NCBI GenBank assembly: GCA_965261595.1
Contig: CBDHDG010000004.1
Location: 96,001-160,000, forward strand
Source of the DNA: a bacterium
GTDB taxonomy: Bacteria; UBA8248; JACPRG01; G963555815
Length of the DNA stretch: 64,000 bases
Reading direction: 5' to 3'
Shown here: in pieces, positions 19,383-28,819 of the stretch
Numbering within the stretch: the first letter of the stretch is position 1
Layout of the letters: every line of letters starts with the position of its first letter
Made by a program: the position numbers and the translations under genes
The notes under the pieces: generated by a model
Databases searched by the model: none
Told to the model about the DNA's origin: nothing
Seen by the model: only the letters and a program-made list of their open reading frames with translations

Positions 19383-20461
19383 CCCGACCTGAAAATCCGA
19401 ATCGGCCCGAATCCGGCCTGACCTACCGTGGGGCGGGCGTCGATATCGAGGCCGCCGACGCGCTGGTTCCGCGTTTGCGGGAGTTGGCCGAATCCACCCG
19501 CCGCCCGGAGGTGGAGGGAGCGATCGGAGGGTTCGGCGGCGGATTCCGGATCCCGCCGGGGCGCCGGGCGCCTGTCCTCATCGCTGGCATGGACGGCGTG
19601 GGCACAAAGCTCGATCTCCTGATCCGCACGGGGGGACACGCCGCCGCGGGGCGGGATCTGGTCGCCATGTGTGTGAACGATGTTCTGGCACACGGGGCCG
19701 AACCCCTTTTTTTCCTCGATTACATCGCGGCCGGAAGGTTGGACGCCGGCGTGGCGGCGGAAGTGGTGACCGGCGTCGCCGAGGCCTGCGTGGAATGCGG
19801 CTGTGCGCTTCTGGGCGGAGAAACGGCTGAGATGCCGGGCTTTTACGCCGGAGCGCGGTATGACCTGGCCGGCTGCGCCGTCGGCATCGTGGAACGGGAT
19901 CAGGTCATCGACGGGAAAAAGATTCGCCCGGGCGACGTCCTGTTGGGACTCGCTTCGAACGGTCCGCACAACAATGGTTTCTCCTTGATTCGGCGCATCC
20001 TGGAAGAGAAATCCCTGTCGCTGGACGCCCTGCTTCCCGGCCCGGGGGGGGGGGAGGAGGAGGTGCGAACCTTGGCAGAGGCCTTGCTGGCCCCGACGCG
20101 GCTTTACGTCCGGCCCGTCCTGGACGCCCTTCGGGAAATTCCCGTTACGGGCATCGCCCATATCACGGGCGGGGGGATTGCCGGAAACCTGGCGCGCGTC
20201 CTGCCGGAGAACTGTCGGGCCGTCGTCAGAAACGGCGATTGGCCCGTGCCGTCCGTCTTCGGCTACCTCCAATCGGCCGGCGACATCGACGCCCGGGAGA
20301 TGGAGACCGTGTTCAACATGGGGATCGGTCTCATCGTTGTGGTTTCCGCCTCCAACGGGGAGCGGATGATGAAAAAGCTGCGTCAATCCAGTGAGGAAGT
20401 CTACGCGATTGGACGCATCGAGGAAGGACGCGCGACCGGGAAGCGCGTGGTTCTGGAATAG
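19379..20461 (+). CDS. purM: Phosphoribosylformylglycinamidine cyclo-ligase
   Basis: TYRGAGVDI, DGVGTKL, DLVAMCVND, GGETAEMPG, AHITGGG, FNMGIG. Confidence 0.97.
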   Translation: MTRPENPNRPESGLTYRGAGVDIEAADALVPRLRELAESTRRPEVEGAIGGFGGGFRIPPGRRAPVLIAGMDGVGTKLDLLIRTGGHAAAGRDLVAMCVNDVLAHGAEPLFFLDYIAAGRLDAGVAAEVVTGVAEACVECGCALLGGETAEMPGFYAGARYDLAGCAVGIVERDQVIDGKKIRPGDVLLGLASNGPHNNGFSLIRRILEEKSLSLDALLPGPGGGEEEVRTLAEALLAPTRLYVRPVLDALREIPVTGIAHITGGGIAGNLARVLPENCRAVVRNGDWPVPSVFGYLQSAGDIDAREMETVFNMGIGLIVVVSASNGERMMKKLRQSSEEVYAIGRIEEGRATGKRVVLE

Positions 20462-20480
20462 GGGGGGAAGGGGGGAGGAG

Positions 20481-21074
20481 ATGCGAATCGCGGTATTCGC
20501 CTCCGGCCGCGGCTCCAACCTGCGGGCCCTGATGGAAGCGGCCGGCACGGGCTACCTGAAAGCCGAGATCGCGGTTGTTTTGAGCGACGTCCAGAGCGCT
20601 CGGGCGCTGGAGCGGGCGTCTCAGCAGGGCCTGTCCGCCCGGTTTCTGGAGCCCGAGGCGTTCGAAGTAGCGGCCTTGGAGATTTTGAGAAACGCGGCCG
20701 CGGACCTGATATGTCTGGCCGGCTTCATGCGCATCCTGAGCGGCGATTTCATCCAGCGGTGCGGCGTCCCGATCCTGAACGTTCACCCATCGCTTCTGCC
20801 GGCCTTCCCCGGCCTGCGTCCCCAGAGGCAGGCGCTGGAGCATGGGGCGCGCGTTTCAGGAGCCACGGTCCATTTGGTGGATGAGCGGGTCGACCATGGT
20901 CCCGTCATCGCGCAGACGCCGGTTCCCGTTTTCCAGGATGATGACGAAGGGAGTCTCTCGGAACGTATTCTTCGGCAAGAGCACCGCATCTATCCGATGG
21001 CCGTGCGGTGGTTCGCCGAAGGCCGCGTCTCGGTCGAAGGACGGCGCGTGCGGATAGCGGCCGCTCCCGCGTAA
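20481..21074 (+). CDS. purN: Phosphoribosylglycinamide formyltransferase
   Basis: MRIAVFASGRGSNL, LAGFMRIL, NVHPSLLPAFPG, GATVHLV, VDHGPVI. Confidence 0.97.
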   Translation: MRIAVFASGRGSNLRALMEAAGTGYLKAEIAVVLSDVQSARALERASQQGLSARFLEPEAFEVAALEILRNAAADLICLAGFMRILSGDFIQRCGVPILNVHPSLLPAFPGLRPQRQALEHGARVSGATVHLVDERVDHGPVIAQTPVPVFQDDDEGSLSERILRQEHRIYPMAVRWFAEGRVSVEGRRVRIAAAPA

Positions 21075-21418
21075 AGGATCGCCTCTTCACGCCGTAATGC
21101 GGACCGGGATGCGGGGGTTCTCAGCGCATGAATCAGAGACGACCCGCCGGGTTGGCGGCCCGGCGGCTATTGTTCCCTTGTATTATCAATGACCTATCTG
21201 CGGATCGCGTGAAAGGGCCGATACAGAGCCCGGCCCCTACATGTCCATTGAGGAATCTTGTGTAACGGGCGGGGCGCGAGTCGGTCGACTCCCGTACACG
21301 CCCCAGAAGTGTCGGCGAATCCTCCGGACTTTTCGTCGAGCCGCTCCGGGTAGGAAATTATTTATGCCATCCTCAATAGGCGTTTCGGGGGGAAGCGCTC
21401 CGGGCGGGAGCCCGCTTC

Positions 21419-22372
21419 CTACTCCAATGAGTCCGTGATGATGGGGAAAGCCTCCGCGGCCAACTCCGCGTCCGCCACGGCGTGTTGGAGGATCACCGCG
21501 ACGACCCGTTTGTCCTCGGGAATCGCGTAGATTTCCGTGTTCAGCCGCTGGCCGCCCAACTCGAAATCAAGGATTCGGCCCTCACGCTCCACGCCCTGGA
21601 TGTTTCGTTTGACGGGGCCCCCGCTTCCTTTCAGGAACTTGGCCTCCTGGGATGTAAACTCGGTCTTAAAGCTCTCCATCAGCAGCTTGCGAACCTCCCC
21701 GACAGTCGTGGGCGAGGGGTAAAGCTGGATCATGGCGAAGAGGGATTCTTCATCTTCCAGGCTGATGGTGGCAATGCCCGACTCTTTTTCACTGGAGACC
21801 TTCATGGAGCGGGGATGGCGAAATGAGATCCCATAACCCGCGAATCGCAGGATTTTTTTCCGTTCGGAAGCGGACCGGGCGCGTGAGCCCTTTGGGAAAA
21901 ACACGGCGAGCAGCCGGCCCAGAAATCCCGGACCCGAAGGGGCGGCGAGCGCCTTCAGTCCGTCGAGGCCGGCCTGGAAAATGTCGTTGGCCAGCAGGTC
22001 GCGGACCGCCTTTTCGTCCGCTTGCGCGACATCGAACTCCGCGGTCCACTCGGCCAGCGTGCAGTCTCCGTCGGAGATGTGATCGAGCCGCAGGGTCGCG
22101 GAGTGATTTTCAATGGGCAGCGGGGATTCGAGAATCTCGGTGGTGAAGGAGCGTTCTGCGTCCGCGTGCGCGGTGAGCTTCTCGCGCAAGGCGGCTTCGT
22201 TCCACAAGGTGAGCACGCGCACCGAGCCCATCTCGTTTCCGGAGGAGCCGTCCGCCAATACGCATTCCTCCACCGCCGGGTGCCAATCCGCAATCTCGCC
22301 GAAGTTCCGGACCCTCGCCCAAACCTGCTCAACCGGCTCGTCGATCACCGCGCTGATCTGGACCTTCGTCAT
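21419..22372 (-). CDS. SRPBCC/polyketide-cyclase-like domain fused to a C-terminal PsbP/Mog1-like domain
   Basis: N-part VEQVWARVRNF..DWHPAV...GSVRVL...EWTAEF is SRPBCC-like. C-part GISFRHPRSM...EAFPIITDSL resembles the PsbP-like fold (weaker call). Confidence 0.65.
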   Translation of the reverse strand: MTKVQISAVIDEPVEQVWARVRNFGEIADWHPAVEECVLADGSSGNEMGSVRVLTLWNEAALREKLTAHADAERSFTTEILESPLPIENHSATLRLDHISDGDCTLAEWTAEFDVAQADEKAVRDLLANDIFQAGLDGLKALAAPSGPGFLGRLLAVFFPKGSRARSASERKKILRFAGYGISFRHPRSMKVSSEKESGIATISLEDEESLFAMIQLYPSPTTVGEVRKLLMESFKTEFTSQEAKFLKGSGGPVKRNIQGVEREGRILDFELGGQRLNTEIYAIPEDKRVVAVILQHAVADAELAAEAFPIITDSLE

Positions 22373-22455
22373 TCCCGTTCTCCTTAATCCTCACCCCCCC
22401 CTCCCCCCCCCGCGGGTGGAAGCTTGAGCGCCGGACGCCTCCGGTCCGGCCGGGG

Positions 22456-23927
22456 TCACCGCCCGGTTCGGCCGAACGTCATCCCGGCCGCCTGGAAGTT
22501 ATTCACAATCCCGCCCTGAAACTCGACCTTGAGATCGTAGGCGGATTCACCGCTCCACCCCCCCAGGTAAATGGACCGGCCCCGCACTTCCCAATTCCCG
22601 GTGTCGTGTTGCTCGCCGACGGAAGAAGCGTATGACCCGGATCGAGCCGACAGACTCGATGTGTACCGGGACCGGAAAGTCATATCGGCGGACAGATTAA
22701 GGAGCATTTCCCTGGAGCTGCTTCCCGATCCGCCCGTTTTTGCGTAGATCCCTCTCCACTGACCCACCAAGGCTCGCTCCAGCCGGCGGTTGCGCGCCGG
22801 GACGCGGGTCTGGAGAGAGGCGAAAACCGATTCGAGGCGGGGCCGGTAATGCGCCCAGCGATCGCCCATGATCAGCGCGATCAGCGGAAAACTGTAAGGG
22901 GGCTTGACCACCGCGTCGATCCACCCGCGGATGGGCCGTCCGTCGGCGGGCTGGCGCCCGCTGAGGGTCACCGTGAGCCGTCCCCCCCCCCCCCGCCTCC
23001 GCCGGCCGGATGAATGGACGGGCTCCCGTCCGGCCGAAGATGCGGCGCCTGTTTCAGGAGATCCTGAATCGCGCTTTGCGCCATCCGAGCCAGGCCGAGC
23101 CGCAGGTCGGAGCGCTGGACGCGCTGCCGGCTGAGGACGATCCGGGCCTCCAGAATTCCGCCGGGCTTCAGGCCCGGATTGAGAACGATTCCCTGGAAAT
23201 CCCGGGTGTTCATCTCTTGCGCCGACCAGCCCTGCGGAAGCCGGAAGGAGAGGGTTCCATCCGCGCTTTTGAAAATCTCCCCTCCCGGAGCTTGTCTTTT
23301 TCCAGGAACCCTTGCGGTCTTCGGCAATGACGTCGGGCCGCCGGAAGCGCCCTCCTGTTTTTCATCGCTGGGAGGGGAAGGAGAAACATTCCGCGTTCCG
23401 CCGGGAAGGGATGAGGCCGCCCCCGAACGCCCGGAGGGTTTCTGGACGGAGCGTTGAAGGTCAGCGGATGAACGACCCCCGGGAGCGCCCGTCTGTTGCG
23501 AAGAACCGGATGCTTTCGGGGCCTCCGCTTTTCGGAGGCGCGGGCTTCCTCCTACGCGGGAAAGAACGATTGGGTCATCATGGGGGGTTTCCCAGAGGAG
23601 GAGACGATCCCCCCGCAAGGAGAACCGGAACCTTTCGGGGCTGTCGTCCGGAATCCGGATGATGAGAACGTCTCCCCGGATGACATACCTTCCGAAGTCG
23701 CCGTCGTAGCGCAGGGTCCCGTCCGGATTGATCCGGAGATCCATCACATCTCCCTCGTCGAGTCGCCCACGCCATGTCCCTGAGAGGTCCTGGCCGAAAG
23801 CGCCTTCCGACCCCATGAACGCGGCCACGCCCAGGATGAGGAGGAAGAAACGGCCCCAGCGAATGCCTCCCTGGGTTTTGAGCGGATGGCGGAAGAGACG
23901 CATCTTTCCCCCCTTATGCGAAATCAT
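22456..23927 (-). pseudogene. Exported multi-domain protein (lipocalin-like / PsbP-like / lipocalin-like) split by a frameshift at a G13 tract
   Basis: ORF 22968-23927 has a signal peptide and LSGTWRG. ORF 22456-22971 continues in another frame (RLTVTLSG...LVGQWRG). The switch lies in the C run at 22982-22994. Confidence 0.65.
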
Positions 23928-24462
23928 GGATTTCGAGCCGGGATTTTGTCATCTTCGGGCTTCGCCCTCCGTCGGATCGGGGGTGGGATGGACCGTGAAT
24001 TTTTGCGGCCCGCCCCTAGCCGATTTTACGGATGATTGCCATAGCCGTGTCGTGAAGCATCTTGGACACGTTCGAAATCGTCTGCAAGATCCGCTGCGAT
24101 TTCTGGAGCATGTTCTGAAGGTCGATGTTGGCGAGCTGGGCATCGTTGCCAACGCTCGACAGCTGCCGCCGCATATCCTCGATAGTTGCTTCCATGTGCG
24201 CCTTGGTCATCGTCTTCCAACTCCGCCGGATCAAGGCGTTCTTGCCCTTCTCGAACCTGCGTCGCAGAAGGATTGACCGAACCCGTACGCCGCCGCCTCG
24301 AAGCTTCGCGGCCTTCGCGCGCAACCGCGCCATGTGATTCCTGAGCGCCTTCTTCTGTTCATTGTAAAAGCGCACCTTGTCGGCGTGGAAAGCGAGTCCC
24401 CCGCTCTAGGGTTTTGTTGGACACTCGATTGATCCATGATTCATGGAGAAAGGGGTGTCGCG

Positions 24463-24849
24463 ATGAACGAACAAAAGCAAGAGGGGGCTTTGGCGGAGGG
24501 CGCCCGCAGGGCGAACGGAGCCAAGGCCCCAGGGCATCGCAGTGAGCGGGGTCGGTTCTCCTGCCAGCGCAAGCGGGAGGCGGTCCTGCGTCTTTTGCGG
24601 GGCGAGAGCCTGGAGACGCTCTGCCGCGAGTTGGGCACGACAGCGGTTCGGCTTTCCGCCTGGCGCGAGGCGTTCCTTCGCGGGGGCGAGGCGGCGCTAA
24701 AAGCCCGCCCGGCGGATGAGCGGGACGAGGAGAACGCCCGGCTCAAGGCCAAGGTGGGCGAACTCACGATGGAGGGCGAGGTCCTGCGGGAGAAGATCGA
24801 CCGCCTGGAGGCCGGCCGCCCTTTAGCCGGCAGGAGGTGGAGGCGATGA
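24463..24849 (+). CDS. IS3-family transposase OrfA (HTH + leucine zipper)
   Basis: RFSCQRKREAVLRLL..LSAWREAF...ENARLKAKVGELTME. Confidence 0.88.
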   Translation: MNEQKQEGALAEGARRANGAKAPGHRSERGRFSCQRKREAVLRLLRGESLETLCRELGTTAVRLSAWREAFLRGGEAALKARPADERDEENARLKAKVGELTMEGEVLREKIDRLEAGRPLAGRRWRR

Positions 24850-25754
24850 GTCAGGCCCGCTTCACCTCCACGGGCAGAGCCTACGGCCTGAAGCGGGTGT
24901 GCGCCCTTTGGGGCTTGGCGCGCTCCACGGTCTACGCGCAACGGCGGCGAGAGGCGGTCCCCGTTCATGAACGCCCCACGCCCAATAAGCGCGGCCCTGT
25001 GGGCCCGTGCACCGATGCGGAACTCCTCGGCCACATCCGGCAGGTCCTGGAGGACTCTCCCTTCCATGGCGAGGGCTACCGCAAGGTGTGGGCGAGGCTG
25101 CGCTTCGCGGGCATCCGCACCAGCAAGGAGCGGGTGCGTCGCCTGATGCGGGAGGCGGGGCTTCAGGCCCCCCACCGGGTGGGCAAACCCCGAGGTCCCA
25201 AGGCCCACAACGGGACCATCCGCACCGAGCGGCCCGACCGAATGTGGGGCACGGACATGACGACGACGGTGACCACCGAGGAGGGGGTGGCCTCGGTGGT
25301 CGTGGCGGTGGATCACTGCTCGGTGGACTGCGTGGGGATCCATGCGGCCAAGAGCGGCAACCGCTTCGAGGCCCTGGAGCCGATCCGGCAGGGGGTCGCC
25401 GAGCGCTTCGCCGGCTTGGAGGCGGACGTCGCCGAGGGGCTTAAAGTTCGTCACGACCACGGCCCCGCCTATCTGTCCGATGACTTTCAGCGGGAGATCG
25501 CCTACCTGGGCATGACCAGTTCGCCCAGCTTCGTGCGGGCGCCCGAGGGAAATGGCTACTGTGAGTGGTTTATCCGCATCTTGAAGGAGAATCTCCTGTG
25601 GGTGCGCTCTTTCGCCACCGTAGAGGAACTGCGGTGGGCGCTGCTTGAGTTCAAGAACCTGTACAACCATCATTGGATTCTCGAGGGCTACGGCTACCGA
25701 ACGCCGGCCCAGGCAAGGCAGGAAAAACTCGCTCAAGTTGCGGAGGCCGCATGA
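24846..25754 (+). CDS. IS3-family transposase OrfB (DDE integrase core)
   Basis: GYRKVWARL, WGTD, RHDHG, PEGNGYCE, YNHHW; ATGA overlap with orfA. Confidence 0.9.
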   Translation: MSQARFTSTGRAYGLKRVCALWGLARSTVYAQRRREAVPVHERPTPNKRGPVGPCTDAELLGHIRQVLEDSPFHGEGYRKVWARLRFAGIRTSKERVRRLMREAGLQAPHRVGKPRGPKAHNGTIRTERPDRMWGTDMTTTVTTEEGVASVVVAVDHCSVDCVGIHAAKSGNRFEALEPIRQGVAERFAGLEADVAEGLKVRHDHGPAYLSDDFQREIAYLGMTSSPSFVRAPEGNGYCEWFIRILKENLLWVRSFATVEELRWALLEFKNLYNHHWILEGYGYRTPAQARQEKLAQVAEAA

Positions 25755-26863
25755 GGTCGAATACCCTCACCCGAGTGTCCAATAACCCAGGGGCGGTCCA
25801 CGAGGTCTTTCTTCTGTTCGAGGATGCTCTCCCGCAGCACCCACAGGATAAGGGCATGTACGTTCCGCGCCGTGCGCTTGGAGAAGTGGCTTTGCGAGAA
25901 CCCTTGCCATCCGGCTTTGGCCGCCATCGTCCTTCCGGCCTTCAGGTCTCGCAGCACCCTCCTCAACGCGGCCTTCTCTCTCGCGGACACGCTTCGGGGC
26001 AACTTCCGCGCCGCCGCCGCCCGGACCATGAGCCGGATGTCAAACTTCCGCCCGCCCGCCGGGGGCTTCCCGACACGGGGCTTTTTGACAGTGGGCAGGT
26101 TAGGGTGCGGAACAGGGATCGGCCCAGCGGGAGAAGGAGTGACCGGCGCATCGGGGAACCCACGGCCGGGCTTTATCTTGGCAGGGGGCTTCTTGTAGCG
26201 ATATAGGGTGAGCTAGATGCCTGTCCTTCGGCTGACGAGCCTGCCGGCGCCCGGGTTCTGCCGTGCCACGGTGTTGTGCTTGCTTCGCCACCTGGTCGAG
26301 ACTTTCCGGCCCTCGATGTAAGGGGACAAACCCGTCCCCGAAGAATTCTCTCGGCGTTGGACACGCTGAGGTTGAGGACGGGGGGGACGGTGACCTTATG
26401 CGGCGGCGGGGGCGGCTTCGGTGGCTTCTTGATCTTGGGCGGGGGCGGGTGGAACCTGGCCAAGAGGAGGCCCGCGCTCTTTTCGGCCGCGATGACCGTG
26501 GTCTGCCCGAACACCGTGACGGGATAGCTTCCCGCAAGAATAAACGGCGTCAACATCAGCAAGAAGCGGGCAAAGAAGCGGCTAACCTTCTCGTGTGAGA
26601 TAGTCATGAATACCTCTTCCTATCGTTTCCCGGTCCATGATTCTCCGAAGGGGAGAAGAGATGTCTTCCCGCCGGCACGAAAGCTCCCCTTGCCTGGACA
26701 GGCTCTCTCTGGCTTATGTTCCGCATAAATTAAACCTTGAACTGTAGCAACCTACCACATACGGACTCAGGGCGCCCTTTGGGTGCGTGCGGTCTCATCT
26801 TGAGGCCGCCCCCAATCGGGAGTTCGCATTGAGGTCTATTTTGGGATTACTACAATACGAGAC

Positions 26864-27798
26864 TCAGTAGGCCATGCGCCGCGGACCCGGCGTGGTGAAA
26901 TAGAGCCCCGTCTCCTTGTCGATGTAAATCGGCGGGAGCTCACTCGTGTTTTCGAAATACCGGTAAACGGATTCGAGGCTTTGCCAGAACGCGGCGAGAT
27001 CCTTGCGCTTTTCTTCCAGGCCCCGGCGGATCGGTTTGTTGGCCGGATCGCTGAACCGGAAGGGAAAGATGTGCACCTGAGTCCCTCCCACCTTGCGGGC
27101 GTCGGTCAGGACGAAGACCTCTTCGATGCTTCGGTCGCCGATGGGGATGCACCCGATGGTGCCTTTTTCCCGTGAATGAATATTTCGTTGCCGAGCGGAT
27201 TGACCCGTCCATCGCCCCAAAGGGACGGCATCCCTCTGATCAGAGACCGGTCTATCCGCCCATTGTTTCTCCGCCACCAGCGAAGCGCCGCCCGCTCCCC
27301 ATTTCGGGTGATTGTCCCCAGGCGTCTGCCGAGAATCGCGTCGGACGGATTGGGGTAGCTGACGGCCAACGAAAGGTGATAGCTGCTCCAGGGGTTGTGA
27401 TAGAGGATCTTGTAGACGCCCTCGGGAACCCGGCCGTCCCCCATCCTCCTCTTCGGTCCGGTGTCTTGGGACGCCTGATTTGGCCCCCGCCTGTAATTCA
27501 GGGGGAGGTTGAAGGCCCGATAGGTCTTCACACGGGTGAAGGGGCCCGAGGAGCCGTTTCTCGCCCAGAGATCGAGAGACTCTTCCAGTTTGAAGACGCG
27601 AAGAAAAACGTCGCCGGGCGGGTAGGTCAAACCCCGGCTCTCGAACAGAGGCCGCAGGCGCGCCCGGATTCGCCTTTCCGTCCTGCTCACCGCGCTGAGG
27701 ATCTGGGGGGTCTCCCGGGCCTCCGCCACGGGATCGAGGTTGAACAAAGGGATCGCCAGGACGATTACGATGGCGGCATGGGTGCGCATGGATTTCAT
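26864..27798 (-). pseudogene. L,D-transpeptidase/carboxypeptidase (YkuD fold, YafK/DpaA-like) with a frameshift in the catalytic motif
   Basis: VFLRVFKLE, GPKRRMGDGRVPEGVY, SYPNPSD, IFIHG continue in another frame as GTIGCIPI..VHIFPFRF..FWQSL. The shift is at the T5 run at 27164-27168. Confidence 0.8.
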
Positions 27799-28120
27799 CT
27801 GAAGAGGACATCCCTTATCTTTGGCGCCGCCGACGCCGTGGTTTCGAGCCGACCTCGGTCGGAAAATTCGCGCGTTCCCCCGACGCGGCGGGAAATAAGC
27901 GCTGAAAATCTGATTGTAAGAGGAAACGCGGGTTGGGGCCATTGAAATCCGAAACGCGGCCGGACCATCAGGTTAAAATTTTCTTAGAATCGAGGGGAGG
28001 ATGGCGCGGTCCGGATTTGCGGTTTAAATAGCGATTGGCTGTCGGTCGATTCCGTCAAACTCCGCCTTGTCGGGGGGTCGTTGGAAGGATGGATTCCAGG
28101 CTGGTCTCGGGGAGAACCGG

Positions 28121-28819
28121 ATGTTACTTCCTCTTAAAGATGATAGTCCGACCCGGATCACGCCTTACGTCACGTATGTTTTCATCGGGTTGAATCTCCT
28201 GGGCTTTTTTATGGAGCTTCAGGCCCCCAGTGCTTTGGCGCAACGGAAGCTGGTTTTGGCGATGGGCGCCATTCCTGCTCGGTTTCTCCACGATGTCGTG
28301 TTTCGGGATTATTTTCTTCCCGTCTGGCTGACGCTTTTCACTTCCCTGTTTTTGCACGCGGGATGGCTCCACCTCGGCTCGAACATGCTCTACCTGTGGA
28401 TATTCGGGAACAACGTGGAAGAATATCTGGGGCATGGGAGGTTCATCATCTTCTATCTTCTGTCCGGCGCGGCGGCGACCTGGGGCCACATTCTGGTGAA
28501 TCCATCCTCCGTGACGCCCCTGATCGGCGCCAGCGGGGCCATCGCGGGCGTGTTGGGCGCTTATATCGTGCTCTATCCCCGGCACCAGGTGCGGTGCCTG
28601 TTGTTCATCTTCATTATTGTCCAGGTCATCAAGCTTCCCGCGGTCTGGGTCTTGGGATTCTGGTTTGTGATTCAACTGTTTCAGGGTACGATGTCATTGG
28701 GAGCGGCGACCTCCGGCAGCGTCGCCTGGTTCGCCCACATCGGCGGCTTCGGCGCCGGCCTGTTGCTGATTCAGATGGCGAGGAAGTTCGGTTGGAACGA
28801 ATACAGAAACTGGTCGTAA
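28121..28819 (+). CDS. Rhomboid family intramembrane serine protease
   Basis: FLHAGWLHLGSNM, GNNVE, GASGAIAG, VAWFAHIGGF. Confidence 0.95.
   Translation: MLLPLKDDSPTRITPYVTYVFIGLNLLGFFMELQAPSALAQRKLVLAMGAIPARFLHDVVFRDYFLPVWLTLFTSLFLHAGWLHLGSNMLYLWIFGNNVEEYLGHGRFIIFYLLSGAAATWGHILVNPSSVTPLIGASGAIAGVLGAYIVLYPRHQVRCLLFIFIIVQVIKLPAVWVLGFWFVIQLFQGTMSLGAATSGSVAWFAHIGGFGAGLLLIQMARKFGWNEYRNWS

Larger units (their letters stand above)
24397..25800 (+). mobile_element. IS3-family insertion sequence, copy 1 (1404 bp, 4-bp TSD CGAG)
   Basis: Boundaries defined by identity with copy 2. CGAG at 24393-24396 and 25801-25804. Imperfect terminal IRs share TTGGACACTCG. Confidence 0.95.
24016..26607 (-). pseudogene. 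Exported protein (signal peptide, Pro-rich, PASTA, C-terminal helical module) interrupted by IS3, one frameshift and one TAG
   Basis: Removing the IS and one CGAG copy rejoins the frame: ...WVLRESILEQKKDL|AFHADKVRFYNEQKK... The PASTA-like segment VTVPPVLNLSVSNAERIL..GL...VARQNPGAG is broken by a frameshift near 26336 and a TAG at 26215-26213. Confidence 0.8.

Noticed and set aside
26714..26745. TTATGTTCCGCATAA palindrome resembling a XerC arm
   Set aside because: No XerD-like arm at the correct spacing, so it cannot be supported as a dif or att site.
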